Assembly: GCA_002269645.1 (NCBI GenBank) | Contig: NIVC01001040.1 | Coordinates: 62,001-126,000 of the forward strand | Length of the DNA: 64,000 bases | Source: Macrostomum lignano | Lineage: Eukaryota | Direction of reading: 5' to 3' | Part shown: one piece after another, positions 21,358 through 36,346 of the stretch | Layout of the letters: each line of letters opens with the position of its first letter | How positions within the stretch are numbered: the first letter of the stretch is position 1 | The notes under the pieces: generated by a model | The model's database searches: none | Told to the model about the DNA's origin: nothing | What the model saw: only the letters and a program-made list of their open reading frames with translations | Translations under genes and position numbers: made by a program

Positions 21358-24300
21358 AGGGAGAGGGGCAGGGAGAGACAGGCTGGGATGTAAGGTGAGG
21401 GGCAGGGAGAGAGACAGGCTGGGATGTAAGGTGAGGGGCAGGGAGAGAGACAGGCTGGGATGTAGGGTGAGGAGCAGGGAGAGAGACAGGCTGGGATGTA
21501 GGGTGAGGGGCAGGGAGAGAAACAGGCTGGGATGTAGGGTGAGGAGCAGGGAGAGAGACAGGCTGGGATGTAGGGTGAGGAGCAGGGAGAGAGACAGGCT
21601 GGGATGTAGGGTGAGGAGCAGGGAGAGAGACAGGCTGGGATGTAAGGTGAGGGGCAGGGAGAGAGACAGGCTGGGATGTAGGGTGAGGAGCAGGGAGAGA
21701 GACAGGCTGGGATGTAGGGTGAGGGGCAGGGAGAGAAACAGGCTGGGATGTAGGGTGAGGAGCAGGGAGAGAGACAGGCTGGGATGTAGGGTGAGGAGCA
21801 GGGAGAGAGACAGGCTGGGATGTAGGGTGAGGAGCAGGGAGAGAGACAGGCTGAGATGTAGGGTGAGGGGCAGGGAGAGAGACAGGCTGGGATGTAGGGT
21901 GAGGAGCAGGGAGAGAGACAGGCTGGGATGTAGGGTGAGGGGCAGGGAGAGAGACAGGCTGGGATGTAGGGTGAGGAGCAGGGAGAGAGACAGGCTGGGA
22001 TGTAGGGTGAGGGGCAGGGAGGGAGAAAGGCTGGGATGTAGGGTGTGGGGCAGGGAGGGAGAAAGGCTGGGATGTAGGGTGAGGGGCAGGGAGAGAGACC
22101 GGCTGGGATGTAGGGTGAGGGGCAGGGAGGGAGAAAGGCTGGGATGTAGGGTGAGGGGCAGGGAGAGAGACAGGCTGGGATGTAAGGTGAGGGGCAGGGA
22201 GAGAGACAGGCTAGGATGTAGGGTGAGGGGCAGGGAGAGAGACAGGCTGGGATGTAGGGTGAGGGGCAGGGAGAGAAACAGGCTGGGATGTAGGGTGAGG
22301 GGCAGGGAGAGAGACAGGCTGGGATGTAGGGTGAGGAGCAGGGAGAGAGACAGGCTGGGATGTAGGGTGAGGAGCAGGGAGAGAGACAGGCTGGGATGTA
22401 GGGTGAGGGGCAGGGAGAGAGACAGGCTAGGATGTAGGGTGAGGAGCAGGGAGAGAGAAAGGCTGGGATGTAGGGTGAGGAGCAGGGAGAGAGACAGGCT
22501 GGGATGTAGGGTGAGGAGCAGGGAGAGAGACAGGCTGGGATGTAGGGTGAGGGGCAGGGAGGGAGAAAGGCTGGGATGTAGGGTGTGGGGCAGGGAGGGA
22601 GAAAGGCTGGGATGTAGGGTGAGGGGCAGGGAGAGAGACAGGCTGGGATGTAGGGTGAGGGGCAGGGAGGGAGAAAGGCTGGGATGTAGGGTGAGGGGCA
22701 GGGAGAGAGACAGGCTGGGATGTAGGGTGAGGGGCAGGGAGGGAGAAAGGCTGGGATGTAGGGTGAGGGGCAGGGAGAGAGACAGGCTGGGATGTAGGGT
22801 GAGGGGCAGGGAGATAGACAGGCTAGGATGTAGGGTGAGGGGCAGGGAGAGAGACAGGCTGGGATGTAGGGTGAGGGGCAGGGAGAGACAGGCTGGGATC
22901 TAGGGTTAGGGGCAGGGAGAGAGACAGGCTGTGATGTAGGGTGAGGGGCAGTATGAGCGACAGGCTGGGATGTAGGGTGAGGGGCAGGGAGAGAGACAGG
23001 CTGGGATGTAGGGTTAGGCGCGGGGAGATGCAGGCTGGGATGTAGGGTGAGGGGCGGGGAGATACAGGCTGGGATGTAGGGTGAGGGGCAGGGAGAGAGA
23101 CCGGCTGGGATGTAGGGTGAGGGGCAGGGAGAGAGACAGGCTGGGATGCAGGGTGAGGGGCAGGGAGGGAGAAAGGCTGGGATGTAGGGTGAGGGGCAGG
23201 GAGAGAGACAGGCTGGGATGTAAGGTGAGGGGCAGGGAGGGAGAAAGGCTGGGATGTAAGGTGAGGGGCAGGGAGAGAGACAAGCTGGGATGTAGGGTGA
23301 GGGGCAGGGAGAGAGACAGGCTGGGATGTAGGGTGAGGAGCAGGGAGAGAGACAGGCTGGGATGTAGGGTGAGGGGCAGGGAGGGAGAAAGGCTGGGATG
23401 TAGGGTGTGGGGCAGGGAGGGAGAAAGGCTGGGATGTAGGGTGAGGGGCAGGGAGAGAGACAGGCTGGGATGTAGGGTGAGGGGCAGGGAGGGAGAAAGG
23501 CTGGGATGTAGGGTGAGGGGCAGGGAGAGAGACAGGCTGGGATGTAGGGTGAGGGGCAGGGAGGGAGAAAGGCTGGGATGTAGGGTGAGGGGCAGGGAGA
23601 GAGACAGGCTGGGATGTAGGGTGAGGGGCTGGGAGATAGACAGGCTAGGATGTAGGGTGAGGGGCAGGGAGAGAGACAGGCTGGGATGTAGGGTGAGGGG
23701 CAGGGAGAGACAGGCTGGGATCTAGGGTTAGGGGCAGGGAGAGAGACAGGCTGTGATGTAGGGTGAGGGGCAGTATGAGCGACAGGCTGGGATGTAGGGT
23801 GAGGGGCAGGGAGAGAGACAGGCTGGGATGTAGGGTTAGGCGCGGGGAGATGCAGGCTGGGATGTAGGGTGAGGGGCGGGGAGATACAGGCTGGGATGTA
23901 GGGTGAGGGGCAGGGAGAGAGACCGGCTGGGATGTAGGGTGAGGGGCAGGGAGAGAGACAGGCTGGGATGCAGGGTGAGGGGCAGGGAGGGAGAAAGGCT
24001 GGGATGTAGGGTGAGGGGCAGGGAGAGAGACAGGCTGGGATGTAAGGTGAGGGGCAGGGAGGGAGAAAGGCTGGGATGTAAGGTGAGGGGCAGGGAGAGA
24101 GACAAGCTGGGATGTAGGGTGAGGGGCAGGGAGAGAGACAGGCTAGGATGTAGGGTGAGGAGCAGGGAGAGAGACAGGCTGGGATGTAGGGTGAGGGGCA
24201 GGGAGGGAGACAGGCTGGGATCTAGGGTGAGGGGCAGGGAGAGAGACAGGCTGTGATGTAGGGTGAGGGGCAGTATGAGCGACAGGCTGGGATGTAGGGT

Positions 24301-27300
24301 GAGGGGCAGTGAGGGAGACAGGCTGGGATGTAGGGTGAGGCGCGGGGAGATACAGGCTGGGATGTAGGGTGAGGGGCAGGGAGAGAAACAGGCTGGGATG
24401 TAGGGTGAGGGGCAGGGAGAGAGACCGGCTGGGATGTAGGGTGAGGGGCAGGGAGAGAGACAGGCTGGGATGCAGGGTGAGGGACAAGAAGAGATAGGCT
24501 GGGATGTAGGGTGAGGGGCAGGGAGGGAGACAGGCTGGGATGTAGGGTGAGGGGCAGGGAGAGAGACAGGCTTGGATGTAGGGTGAGGGGCAGGGAGAGA
24601 GACAGGCTGGGATGTAGAGTGAGGGGCAGGGAGAGAGACAGGCTGGGATGCAGGGTGAGGGACAAGAAGAGATAGGCTGGGATGCAGTGTGAGGGACAAG
24701 AAGAGATAGGCTGGGATGTAGGGTGAGGGGCAGGGAGGGAGAAAGGCTGGGATGTAGGGTGAGGGGCAGGGAGAGAGACAGGCTGGGATGTAGGGTGAGG
24801 GGCAGGGAGAGAGACAGGCTGGGATGTAGGGTGAGGGGCAGGGAGAGAGACAGGCTGGGATGCAGGGTGAGGGACAAGAAGAGATAGGCTGGGATGCAGG
24901 GTGAGGGACAAGAAGAGATAGGCTGGGATGTAGGGTGAGGGGCAGGGAGAGAGACAGGCTGGGATGTAGGGTGAGGGGCAGGGAGAGAGAAAGGCTGTGA
25001 TGTAGGGTGAGGGGCAGTATGAGCGACAGGCTGGGATGTAGGGTGAGGGGCAGTGAGGGAGACAGGCTGGGATGTAGGGTGAGGCGCGGGGAGATACAGG
25101 CTGGGATGTAGGGTGAGGGGCAGGGAGAGAAACAGGCTGGGATGTAGGGTGAGGGGCAGGGAGAGAGACCGGCTGGGATGTAGGGTGAGGGGCAGGGAGA
25201 GAGACAGGCTGGGATGCAGGGTGAGGGACAAGAAGAGATAGGCTGGGATGTAGGGTGAGGGGCAGGGAGAGAGACAGGCTGGGATGTAGGGTGAGGGGCA
25301 GGGAGGGAGACAGGCTGGGATCTAGGGTGAGGGGCAGGGAGAGAGACAGGCTGGGATGTAGAGTGAGGGGCAGGGAGAGAGACAGGCTGGGATGCAGGGT
25401 GAGGGACAAGAAGAGATAGGCTGGGATGCAGTGTGAGGGACAAGAAGAGATAGGCTGGGATGTAGGGTGAGGGGCAGGGAGGGAGAAAGGCTGGGATGTA
25501 GGGTGAGGGGCAGGGAGAGAGACAGGCTGGGATGTAGGGTGAGGGGCAGGGAGAGAGACAGGCTGGGATGTAGGGTAAGGGGCAGGGAGAGAGACAGGCT
25601 GGGATGCAGGGTGAGGGACAAGAAGAGATAGGCTGGGATGTAGGGTGAGGGGCAGGGAGGGAGACAGGCTGGGATGTAGGGTGAGGGGCAGGGAGAGAGA
25701 CAGGCTTGGATGTAGGGTGAGGGGCAGGGAGAGAGACAGGCTGGGATGTAGGGTAAGGGGCAGGGAGAGAGACAGGCTGGGATGCAGGGTGAGGGACAAG
25801 AAGAGATAGGCTGGGATGTAGGGTGAGGGGCAGGGAGGGAGACAGGCTGGGATGTAGGGTGAGGGGCAGGGAGAGAGACAGGCTTGGATGTAGGGTGAGG
25901 GGCAGGGAGAGAGACAGGCTGGGATGTAGAGTGAGGGGCAGGGAGAGAGACAGGCTGGGATGCAGGGTGAGGGACAAGAAGAGATAGGCTGGGATGCAGT
26001 GTGAGGGACAAGAAGAGATAGGCTGGGATGTAGGGTGAGGGGCAGGGAGGGAGAAAGGCTGGGATGTAGGGTGAGGGGCAGGGAGAGAGACAGGCTGGGA
26101 TGTAGGGTGAGGGGCAGGGAGAGAGACAGGCTGGGATGTAGGGTGAGGGGCAGGGAGAGAGACAGGCTGGGATGCAGGGTGAGGGACAAGAAGAGATAGG
26201 CTGGGATGCAGGGTGAGGGACAAGAAGAGATAGGCTGGGATGTAGGGTGAGGGGCAGGGAGAGAGACAGGCTGGGATGTAGGGTGAGGGGCAGGGAGAGA
26301 GAAAGGCTGTGATGTAGGGTGAGGGCAGTATGAGCGACAGGCTGGGATGTAGGGTGAGGGGCAGTGAGGGAGACAGGCTGGGATGTAGGGTGAGGCGCGG
26401 GGAGATACAGGCTGGGATGTAGGGTGAGGGGCAGGGAGAGAAACAGGCTGGGATGTAGGGTGAGGGGCAGGGAGAGAGACCGGCTGGGATGTAGGGTGAG
26501 GGGCAGGGAGAGAGACAGGCTGGGATGCAGGGTGAGGGACAAGAAGAGATAGGCTGGGATGTAGGGTGAGGGGCAGGGAGAGAGACAGGCTGGGATGTAG
26601 GGTGAGGGGCAGGGAGGGAGACAGGCTGGGATCTAGGGTGAGGGGCAGGGAGAGAGACAGGCTGGGATGTAGAGTGAGGGGCAGGGAGAGAGACAGGCTG
26701 GGATGCAGGGTGAGGGACAAGAAGAGATAGGCTGGGATGCAGTGTGAGGGACAAGAAGAGATAGGCTGGGATGTAGGGTGAGGGGCAGGGAGGGAGAAAG
26801 GCTGGGATGTAGGGTGAGGGGCAGGGAGAGAGACAGGCTGGGATGTAGGGTGAGGGGCAGGGAGGGAGACAGGCTGGGATCTAGGGTGAGGGGCAGGGAG
26901 AGAGACAGGCTGGGATGTAGAGTGAGGGGCAGGGAGAGAGACAGGCTGGGATGCAGGGTGAGGGACAAGAAGAGATAGGCTGGGATGCAGTGTGAGGGAC
27001 AAGAAGAGATAGGCTGGGATGTAGGGTGAGGGGCAGGGAGGGAGAAAGGCTGGGATGTAGGGTGAGGGGCAGGGAGAGAGACAGGCTGGGATGTAGGGTG
27101 AGGGGCAGGGAGAGAGACAGGCTGGGATGTAGGGTGAGGGCAGGGAGAGAGACAGGCTGGGATGTAGGGTGAGGGGCAGGGAGAGAGAAAGGCTGGGATG
27201 TAGGGTGAGGGGCAGGGAGAGAGAAAGGCTGGGATGTAGGGTGAGGGGCAGGGAGAGAGACAGGCTGGGATTTAGGGTGAGGAGCAGGGAGAGAGACAGG

Positions 27301-27325
27301 CTGAGATGTAGGGTGAGAGGCAGGG
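21358..27325 (+). repeat. 36-bp G-rich minisatellite, copy A array 1 (~165 units), one G4 motif per unit
   Basis: GGGATGTAGGGTGAGGGGCAGGGAGAGAGACAGGCT; explains the 500-1000-aa ORFs. Confidence 0.98.
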
Positions 27326-27721
27326 CTGGCAAAATACCTTCCAAAATACCTTCAAAATCGCCAATAAAACAGCTGCCATCAATCCAATCACTTCATGACT
27401 TCATAACTTGCATCACTTCTTGGCTTTCGTAGGCATATAGTCGTTCAGTTCAAAAATAGTTTTAAATCTCCGCAAACAATATCGCTTACAATACGCTACT
27501 CATAGTACTCATAAGAATACCATTTGCCGTTAAAGAGAAGAGCAGCTAGATGGATTTTTTCCAGAAATTCGTTTGCACCTGAAGATTCGCTTTGCTGGAG
27601 TTTTTTACTCAAAAGCGAATGACAAAACTCTTACACTGCCGTGAGTCGTGCCTCGGCTCTCGGGGTGGGCGCTCAGTTTTTGAATTTTCCAGCGTCTCCG
27701 ATGCACCTCACTCTGCATCTC

Positions 27722-28985
<1,264 letters not shown>

Positions 28986-29731
28986 CCAGCTTGTGTTTTG
29001 TTGCGCACCTGTAAGAATTCAATTTTATTGCACACTCGAGTCCGCCTCTCCATCGGTTTCATTGTCCGCATTTGGCTTGTAAAAAACTGGCTTCTCAAGC
29101 AGCTGATTGCATTTTATAGCAAATGCTCGCTCAGCTCGAGTTTTGTTTAGCTGCGAGCTTGAGCAGTCCTGCTCACAGGGCTCTCTTCGCCAGCTGCATG
29201 AGCACGCATATCAACTGACAGAATTCAGCAATCCACCCTCGCTTTGGCCCACTGATGTTCCACACTTCTTTATATTTTTGCCTCCAAGAAGTCCAAAAGC
29301 AACAGCCAATCAGATTTTGTTGCCGATGCGCAGATTTTTAGTGGCGATAAAAGTGAAAATTGAATACTGATTTATTATTTCGAAAACGTTGGACTAACCT
29401 TAGAAAATGAGAAACAGTCCATCACAGGCGCGTGTGGTTGGTGCTGACTCACACAGCCATCCTTCAGGTAGCTGACTGCTCACACAGTCAGTGCAATTAC
29501 ATGTACATTATTTATCCGGTGCAACACACTGACTCAGCAGTTCAGCATTAATAATCTAGTTTTTCATCTGCATTGCTCAAATAAAAGTATTGCTGTTTCA
29601 ATGTTTCTGCCAGATCACCAATGGATGACAATGCAGAGCAGCAAATGTAAAGTATGTGCATTTGAGCATAAAGTTCTCGGCTGGTGTTTGTCTTTGCTGT
29701 TTTGTTCGTGGTTTGGAATCTCAGATTCGTG

Positions 29732-31103
29732 CTCATGTGCCATGACTAATATCTCATGCACACAGCCATTGCTCATGTGCCATGACCCATATCTCATGCA
29801 CACAGCCATTGCTCATGTGCCATGACTAATATCTCATGCACACAGACATTGCTCATGTGCCATGACTAATATCTCATGCACACAGACATTGCTCATGTGC
29901 CATGACTAATATCTCATGCACACAGACATTGCTCATGTGCCATGACTAATATCTCATGCACACAGCCATTTCTCATGTGCCATGACTAATATCTCATGCA
30001 CACAGACATTGCTCATGTGCCATGACCCATATCTCATGCACACAGCCATTGCTCATGTGCCATGACCCATATCTCATGCACACAGCCATTGCTCATGTGC
30101 CATAACTAATATCTCATGCACACAGCCATTGCTCATGTGCCATGACCCATATCTCATGCACACAGCCATTTCTCATGTGCAATGACCCATATCTCATGCA
30201 CACAGCCATTGCTCATGTGCCATAACTAATATCTCATGCACACAGCCATTGCTCATGTGCCATGACCCATATCTCATGCACACAGCCATTGCTCATGTGC
30301 CATGACCCATATCTCATGCACACAGCCATTGCTCATGTGCCATGACCCATATCTCATGCACACAGCCATTTCTCATGTGCAATGACCCATATCTCATGCA
30401 CACAGCCATTGCTCATGTGCCATAACTAATATCTCATGCACACAGCCATTGCTCATGTGCCATGACCCATATCTCATGCACACAGCCATTGCTCATGTGC
30501 CATGACTAATATCTCATGCACACAGCCATTGCTCAAGTGCCATAACTAATATCTCATGCACACAGCCATTTCTCATGTGCCATGACCCATATCTCATGCA
30601 CACAGCCATTGCTCATGTGCCATGACCCATATCTCATGCACACAGCCATTTCTCATGTGCAATGACCCATATCTCATGCACACAGCCATTGCTCATGTGC
30701 CATAACTAATATCTCATGCACACAGCCATTGCTCATGTGCCATGACCCATATCTCATGCACACAGCCATTGCTCATGTGCCATGACCCATATCTCATGCA
30801 CACAGCCATTGCTCATGTGCCATGACTAATATCTCATGCACACAGCCATTGCTCATGTGCCATGACCCATATCTCATGCACACAGCCATTGCTCATGTGC
30901 CATAACTAATATCTCATGCACACAGCCATTGCTCATGTGCCATGACCCATATCTCATGCACACAGCCATTGCTCATGTGCTATGACCCATATCTCATGCA
31001 CACAGCCATTTCTCATGTGCAATGACCCATATCTCATGCACACAGCCATTGCTCATGTGCCATGACACATATCTCATGCACACAGCCATTGCTCATGTGC
31101 CAT
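29732..31103. repeat. 40-bp minisatellite, copy A (~34 units)
   Basis: CTCATGTGCCATGACCCATATCTCATGCACACAGCCATTG. Confidence 0.97.
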
Positions 31104-31149
31104 AACCATCTGATTGTCTCTATTGTGTTTCTCCAACCATCTCCCTTTT

Positions 31150-31455
31150 ACACACCCCTCCCACCCATCCCCCTCTCACCTATCCCCCTCTCACCCATCC
31201 CCCTCTCACCCATCCCCCTCTCACCCATCCCCCTCTCACCCATCCCCTCTCACCCATCCCCCTCTCACCCATCCCCCTCTCATCCTCCCCCTCTCGCCAG
31301 CTTCTCTATTCTCCATCAGATCCCAGCTCAGTTTCTCTATTCTCCATCAGATCCCAGCTCAGCTTCTCTATTCTCCATCAGATTCCAGCTCACCTTCTCT
31401 GTTCTCCATCAGATCCCTGCTTAGCTTCTCTATTCTCCATCAGATCCCAGCTCAG
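31150..31455. repeat. Adjacent 15-bp and ~32-bp pyrimidine-rich tandem repeats, copy A
   Basis: CCATCCCCCTCTCAC units followed by AGCTTCTCTATTCTCCATCAGATCCCAGCTC-like units. Confidence 0.85.
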
Positions 31456-34380
31456 ACCCAAAAAACGCTTGTTTTCTCCTGTTTTGAGAAAGCTAAAAAA
31501 GCTAAAAGTGCAGCTGGCCGCCAGCCCAGCCAGCGGGGGGGGGGGGGCAGGCAGGGTGCTCAAGCACAATGCAGTCTCCATTGTGCAAGGCTGGGGCTGC
31601 AACTCATTCGGGAGCAGCCGCCACTGCAGCCTCAGACAGCTCAGGTTTGCGCTGCTCATCTCTGCAGCCTCATCGCTAATTGAATCTCCAACCTTCATCT
31701 GGAACGGCCCCACCCAGCTCAGCACTCGCAGTGCGACAGTCTGGCGTGATAAAAGCAGCCGGCAAAGAGAAAACTGCTCGAGTTCGCAATCACCCCATAC
31801 TGGCCTGTCGAACCACCCAACCCCCCCCCCGCAACCCCTGCCTGAGACAAACAAGTCCAGCTACAATGCAACTCCACTCAGCTCACTGCTCAAAACAGAT
31901 CGAGCGCTGCACTGCTGGTTGCCCCCCAGAGTCTGCCAAACTGCAGGGAGGCTGGCAGAGCGGTGCGTGGCCTGAGAATAGCGAGCGAGCAGAGATAATT
32001 ACTGCTTGAGGTTGAGCTGGCCTTTCTAACCACCCGCTCCCTACGGCTCAAGACTGCGTTTTGTCATAAATAAGGCATTGTTGCCATGCTCGAATCTCAG
32101 AATTTGATGGCTCTCAGGCCATTCAGTGCGGCTCAAAGCCTGTCTGTTGCTGCTGGCTGCAGGTGGCAGGAGTGCAAAATGCAGTGAGTTGCTGCGGCCG
32201 AGAGCTGGACAGAATTGAGATGGGCTGCCAGAGCTCGGCTGCACTTTAATAATAAACAACTGATGAAGCCCGAGACTGCAATTGAGGGTCTGAGCAGCTG
32301 CCTCTTGCGAAAAATTTATACATGTACTGTGGTTCGATTCTGTGCGATTGGCCTGAGGCGATTCCCAGCCCAGCCATGAAGGCCAACTTCTTAGGCACTC
32401 TGGTACAATGGGTTGGTTTTTAATGGAGCTGAACCAATACCAACTAAAATCACTGTACTAATCAGCATACCTGTACACTATGCGGACAATGCGATAGGAT
32501 TTCAAGGATTGCTTTTTGGACTTCTGCTGGGTCACAGATTCATGGGAAATCAGTAGTTTCCAGGGCATATCAGTAGTCTTCACAAGATGCGTGGGCCCAC
32601 AGGTAAGCAAATTTAGCAGGTATCGAGTAGGCTGAGCAATGGCTGGAGGTGCGATAATGCGGTTCCGGCTGGTTGCAGTGATAAGCAATGGTACAGTAGA
32701 AAATATTTTAAACTCTGTTGCTTGCTCCATTTTCAGCAGGGCTTATTGATCCTCGCTGCTCTCCGTGCCTGCTTATCTACATAACCGAGCTTCAAACTCG
32801 GTGACCGCGTGCCTGCCCAGAGCTGAGCAAAACTATTTGAGCGGGAAAAGTGAGCAACAACTGCATCGGTCCCTGCACACCAGTGCCTCACCTCCAGTCA
32901 GCCGGGTTTGCCATCCCAACAGACTGCACCCAAAACAGGGCGGCTCACACCTCAGGCCCGCGCACTGGTCCCTCCTACCGGGGTACCGGGTGCCTGTGCC
33001 GCCTACGGCCCCTCGGTCTCTCCTCCAGCCTTCTGTCACTAGCGGACACAAAAGTTGCAGCCAACAAGGGGTCGCACCCACCTTCCTGCCGCTGCCGTGA
33101 CGCGAACTCGAGTGAGTTCCAACATTCAGATAGCAGAGTGGCGTTCCGTGGTCGCCGCAGTGCTGCTCCGTCTGCCGCCTCCTCACCTCGAGGTGGCTTT
33201 TCCCAAGGGCGAACGGATTCCGCCCCCAAGAGCCGTGGTGTCGGGTTGCTGACGCCTTCGGGGGTACTCTCAAAGGGGTAACCATTGTCTTACGCTTGAC
33301 CAGCATGCTTGACTCCCCTAAGAGCTGGCATGCTTCGCCTTCTAAGGTGACTATCTAACACTAGCAAGCAACTTTAATTAAGCAAACAGTTTTCAACTTT
33401 ACTCTTTTTTGTTTATTTACTGAATTTTTCTGAATAGAGCAATTTTAATGCCATCAGTCGGTGCACATGGCTGGATTTGGTAGGCCTTTTTGCCTTAATT
33501 TTAGCGGACAGCACCTGGGATCAAGTCAACAGGTCCTTTGCTGTGCCACATGACAAGGCTGATTCCTATAGCCGAGCCACAACGTCTCAAACATCCGGTT
33601 CTGTTGACGCCAGCACCCTACTAGCCCTGCGTGATGCTGTCTAGTCCGCTCTCTCACACTGTATGACTGCCTCGCAGACATCGCAGTCCAGAGTTTTCAT
33701 CGTGGACTCCGTCTGACGAGGCAACCAGACAGCGGTTGAAATTGACATCGCCTGCATGTGCACCGATGTGTCTACATAATTCAATATTTTACAATTTAAT
33801 TTAAACTAATGAATACAGTAATCGATACATTTCACTGCAACTCAGCCTCTGCCGCATGTCATCCTCCAGCTCTTGTCTTTTGCCGCTCATGTCCTCTTGG
33901 TTGGAAAAACTGGTGTTTTCTAAGAAATGCTTGTCCAGACTCCGGAAAGTCAGGCAACCAGCATGTATAGGCGGTTTTTCGTGGGTCGGAATGGGCGGTG
34001 ATCGTTGCACCTCCTTTTACTTTCAGTATGTGCAGACCAAGTCTTATAACTGCAATGGCTCCATTGTTCGGGCGCAAGTTGAAAGTTTATCTTCTTTTCC
34101 GCGCTCATATTTGTGCTCAGTCGCTTTATTCGAAACCTGCACAATAGCAAGAAGGTTAGAGAACTACGCAATAGCAACTACTTGAGTGAAAAAATGAACG
34201 CCTGTACGCCAGTTCCATGTGAACACGGCTGGATCGGACCCGGCCGTCGTGCATCATCGTTGATGCTGCTGCTGATGGTTGTGTGAGCCGAGCTACGTTG
34301 GGTGCCTTAGACAAAGGCAGCGTCCGCAGCGTTGGGGCCTACTTCTTAGCTTTGGTCCCCTTCGCTCCAGGCTCACATTG

Positions 34381-35700
34381 GGTCTGGGACTGGGGCTGGG
34401 ACTGGGACTTGGACTTGGACTGGGGCTAGGAATGGGGCTGGGACTGGAACTGGGACTGGGACTTAGACTGGGACTGGGAATGGGGCTGGGAATGGGGCTG
34501 GGACTGGGACTTGGACTGGGACTGGGACTGGGGCTGGGAATGGGGCTGGGAATGGGGCTTGGACTGGGGCTGGAAATGGGGCTGGGAATGGGGCTGGGAC
34601 TGGGGCTTGGACTGAGGCTGGGACTAGGGCTAGGAATGGGACTGGGAATGGGGCTTGGACTGGGGCTGGGACTGGGGCTGGGAATGGGGCTGGGACTGGG
34701 ACTTAGACTGGGACTGGGAATGGGGCTGGGAATGGGGCTGGGACTGGGACTTGGACTGGGACTGGGACTGGGGCTGGGAATGGGGCTGGGAATGGGGCTT
34801 GGACTGGGGCTGGAAATGGGGCTGGGAATGGGGCTGGGACTGGGGCTTGGACTGAGGCTGGGACTAGGGCTGGGAATGGGACTGGGAATGGGGCTTGGAC
34901 TGGGGCTGGGACTGGGGCTGGGAATGGGGCTGGGACTGGGACTTCGACTGGGACTGGGACTGGGGCTGGGAATGGGGTTGGGAATGGGGCTTGGACTGGG
35001 GCTGGGAATGGGGCTTGGACTGGGACTTCGACTGGGACTGGGACTGGGGCTGGGAATGGGGCTTGGACTGGGGCTGGGAATGGGGCTTGGACTGGGACTT
35101 GGACTGGGACTGGGACTGGGGCTGGGAATGGGGCTGGGAATGGGGCTTGGACTTGGGCTGGAAATGGGGCTGGGAATGGGGCTGGGACTGGGGCTTGGAC
35201 TGGGGCTGGGACTGGGGCTGGGACTGGGACTGGGAATGGGGCTTGGACTGGGGCTGGGACTGGGGCTGGGAATGGGGCTGGGAATGGGACTGGGAATAGG
35301 GCTGGGACTGGGACTTGGACTGGGACTGGGACTGGGGCTGGGAATGGGGCTGGGAATGGGCTGGGACTGGGACTTGGACTGGGACTGGGACTGGGACTGG
35401 GACTGGGGCTGGGAATGGGGCTGGGAATGGGACTGGGAATGGGGCTGGGACTGGGACTTGGACTGGGACTGGGACTGGGGCTGGGAATGGGGCTGGGAAT
35501 GGGCTTGGACTGGGGCTGGGAATGGGGCTGGGACTGGGGCTGGGAATGGGGCTGGGAATGGGGCTGGGACTGGGGCTGGAATGGGGCTTGGACTGGGGTT
35601 GGGAATGGGGCTGGGATTGGGAATGGGGCTGGGGCCGGGGCTGGGAATGGGGCTGGGACTGAGGCTGGGACTGGGGCTGGGAATGGGGCTGAGGCCGGGG
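34381..35700 (+). repeat. Hexamer-based G-rich satellite (GGGACT/GGGGCT/GGGAAT), copy A
   Basis: Mixed 6-mer units; explains the GL/GM and WD ORFs. Confidence 0.96.
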
Positions 35701-36346
35701 CTAATAAAGACTTGTTTTCTCCAGTTTCTAGAAAGCTAAATAGGCTAAAAGTGCAGCTGGCCGGCAGCCCAGCCTCCGCCCGTCATCTCTGAGCACAAAA
35801 GCGAAGGTGCAGTGAGGGGAAGGCAGGGTGCTCAAGCACAATGCAGAGTCTCCATTGTGCAAGGCTGGGGCTGAAAATCATTCGGGAGCAGCCGCCAGTG
35901 CAGCCTCCGACAGCTCAGCATCTCTGCAGCCTCATCGCTAATTAAATCTCGCTTTTGCAATGACCTTGATTCTCAGTGCCCCTGATATGTCATGCTGTCA
36001 AGAGCTGCATTTTCTGAACAGCTGCTGTGTACTGCTGGGATTCGACAGCTCAGCCCCATCTCACTCTGCATCATTTAGAGCTGCTAGCCTCCTCTCTGCA
36101 GAGGCCCTGAGCAGCTCATTGTGCCACCGTACTGACCGCCTTTGTCTCTCATGAAATGCTGAATTACTTGGCAACTCCTTTGCACCTCATCTTCTCAGCT
36201 GCCCGCTTCGGACTGCCTTAGGCTTGGGGTGGGCGCTCAGCCTCGAGTCTCTCAGCATCTCCGCAAAGCACTGCTCACTGGCCTCTCAGCTCTTGGGTGG
36301 TCTGTCTTTCACCTGCATGCACAAGCTCTGTTTATCAGCCACCTGA

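Noticed and set aside
21395-27432. ORFs of 200-1040 aa (RVRGRERDRLGC / PHPTSQPVSLPA / SPYIPACL repeats), also at 36286-38615, 52779-54016 and 62707-63994
   Set aside because: Translations of a 36-bp minisatellite that is open in several frames on both strands; frame-breaking indels and large length differences between copies argue against coding.
32490-34190. Possible plus-strand exons (donor CAG|GTAAGC at ~32602; acceptors CATTTTCAG at ~32737 and TTTTACTTTCAG at ~34025)
   Set aside because: No consistent open frame across both copies and no recognisable protein; needs RNA-seq.
34279-35792. GL/GM-rich and WD/WE-rich ORFs resembling structural or WD proteins (also 60705-62219)
   Set aside because: Hexamer satellite; not WD40, and frameshifted between the copies.
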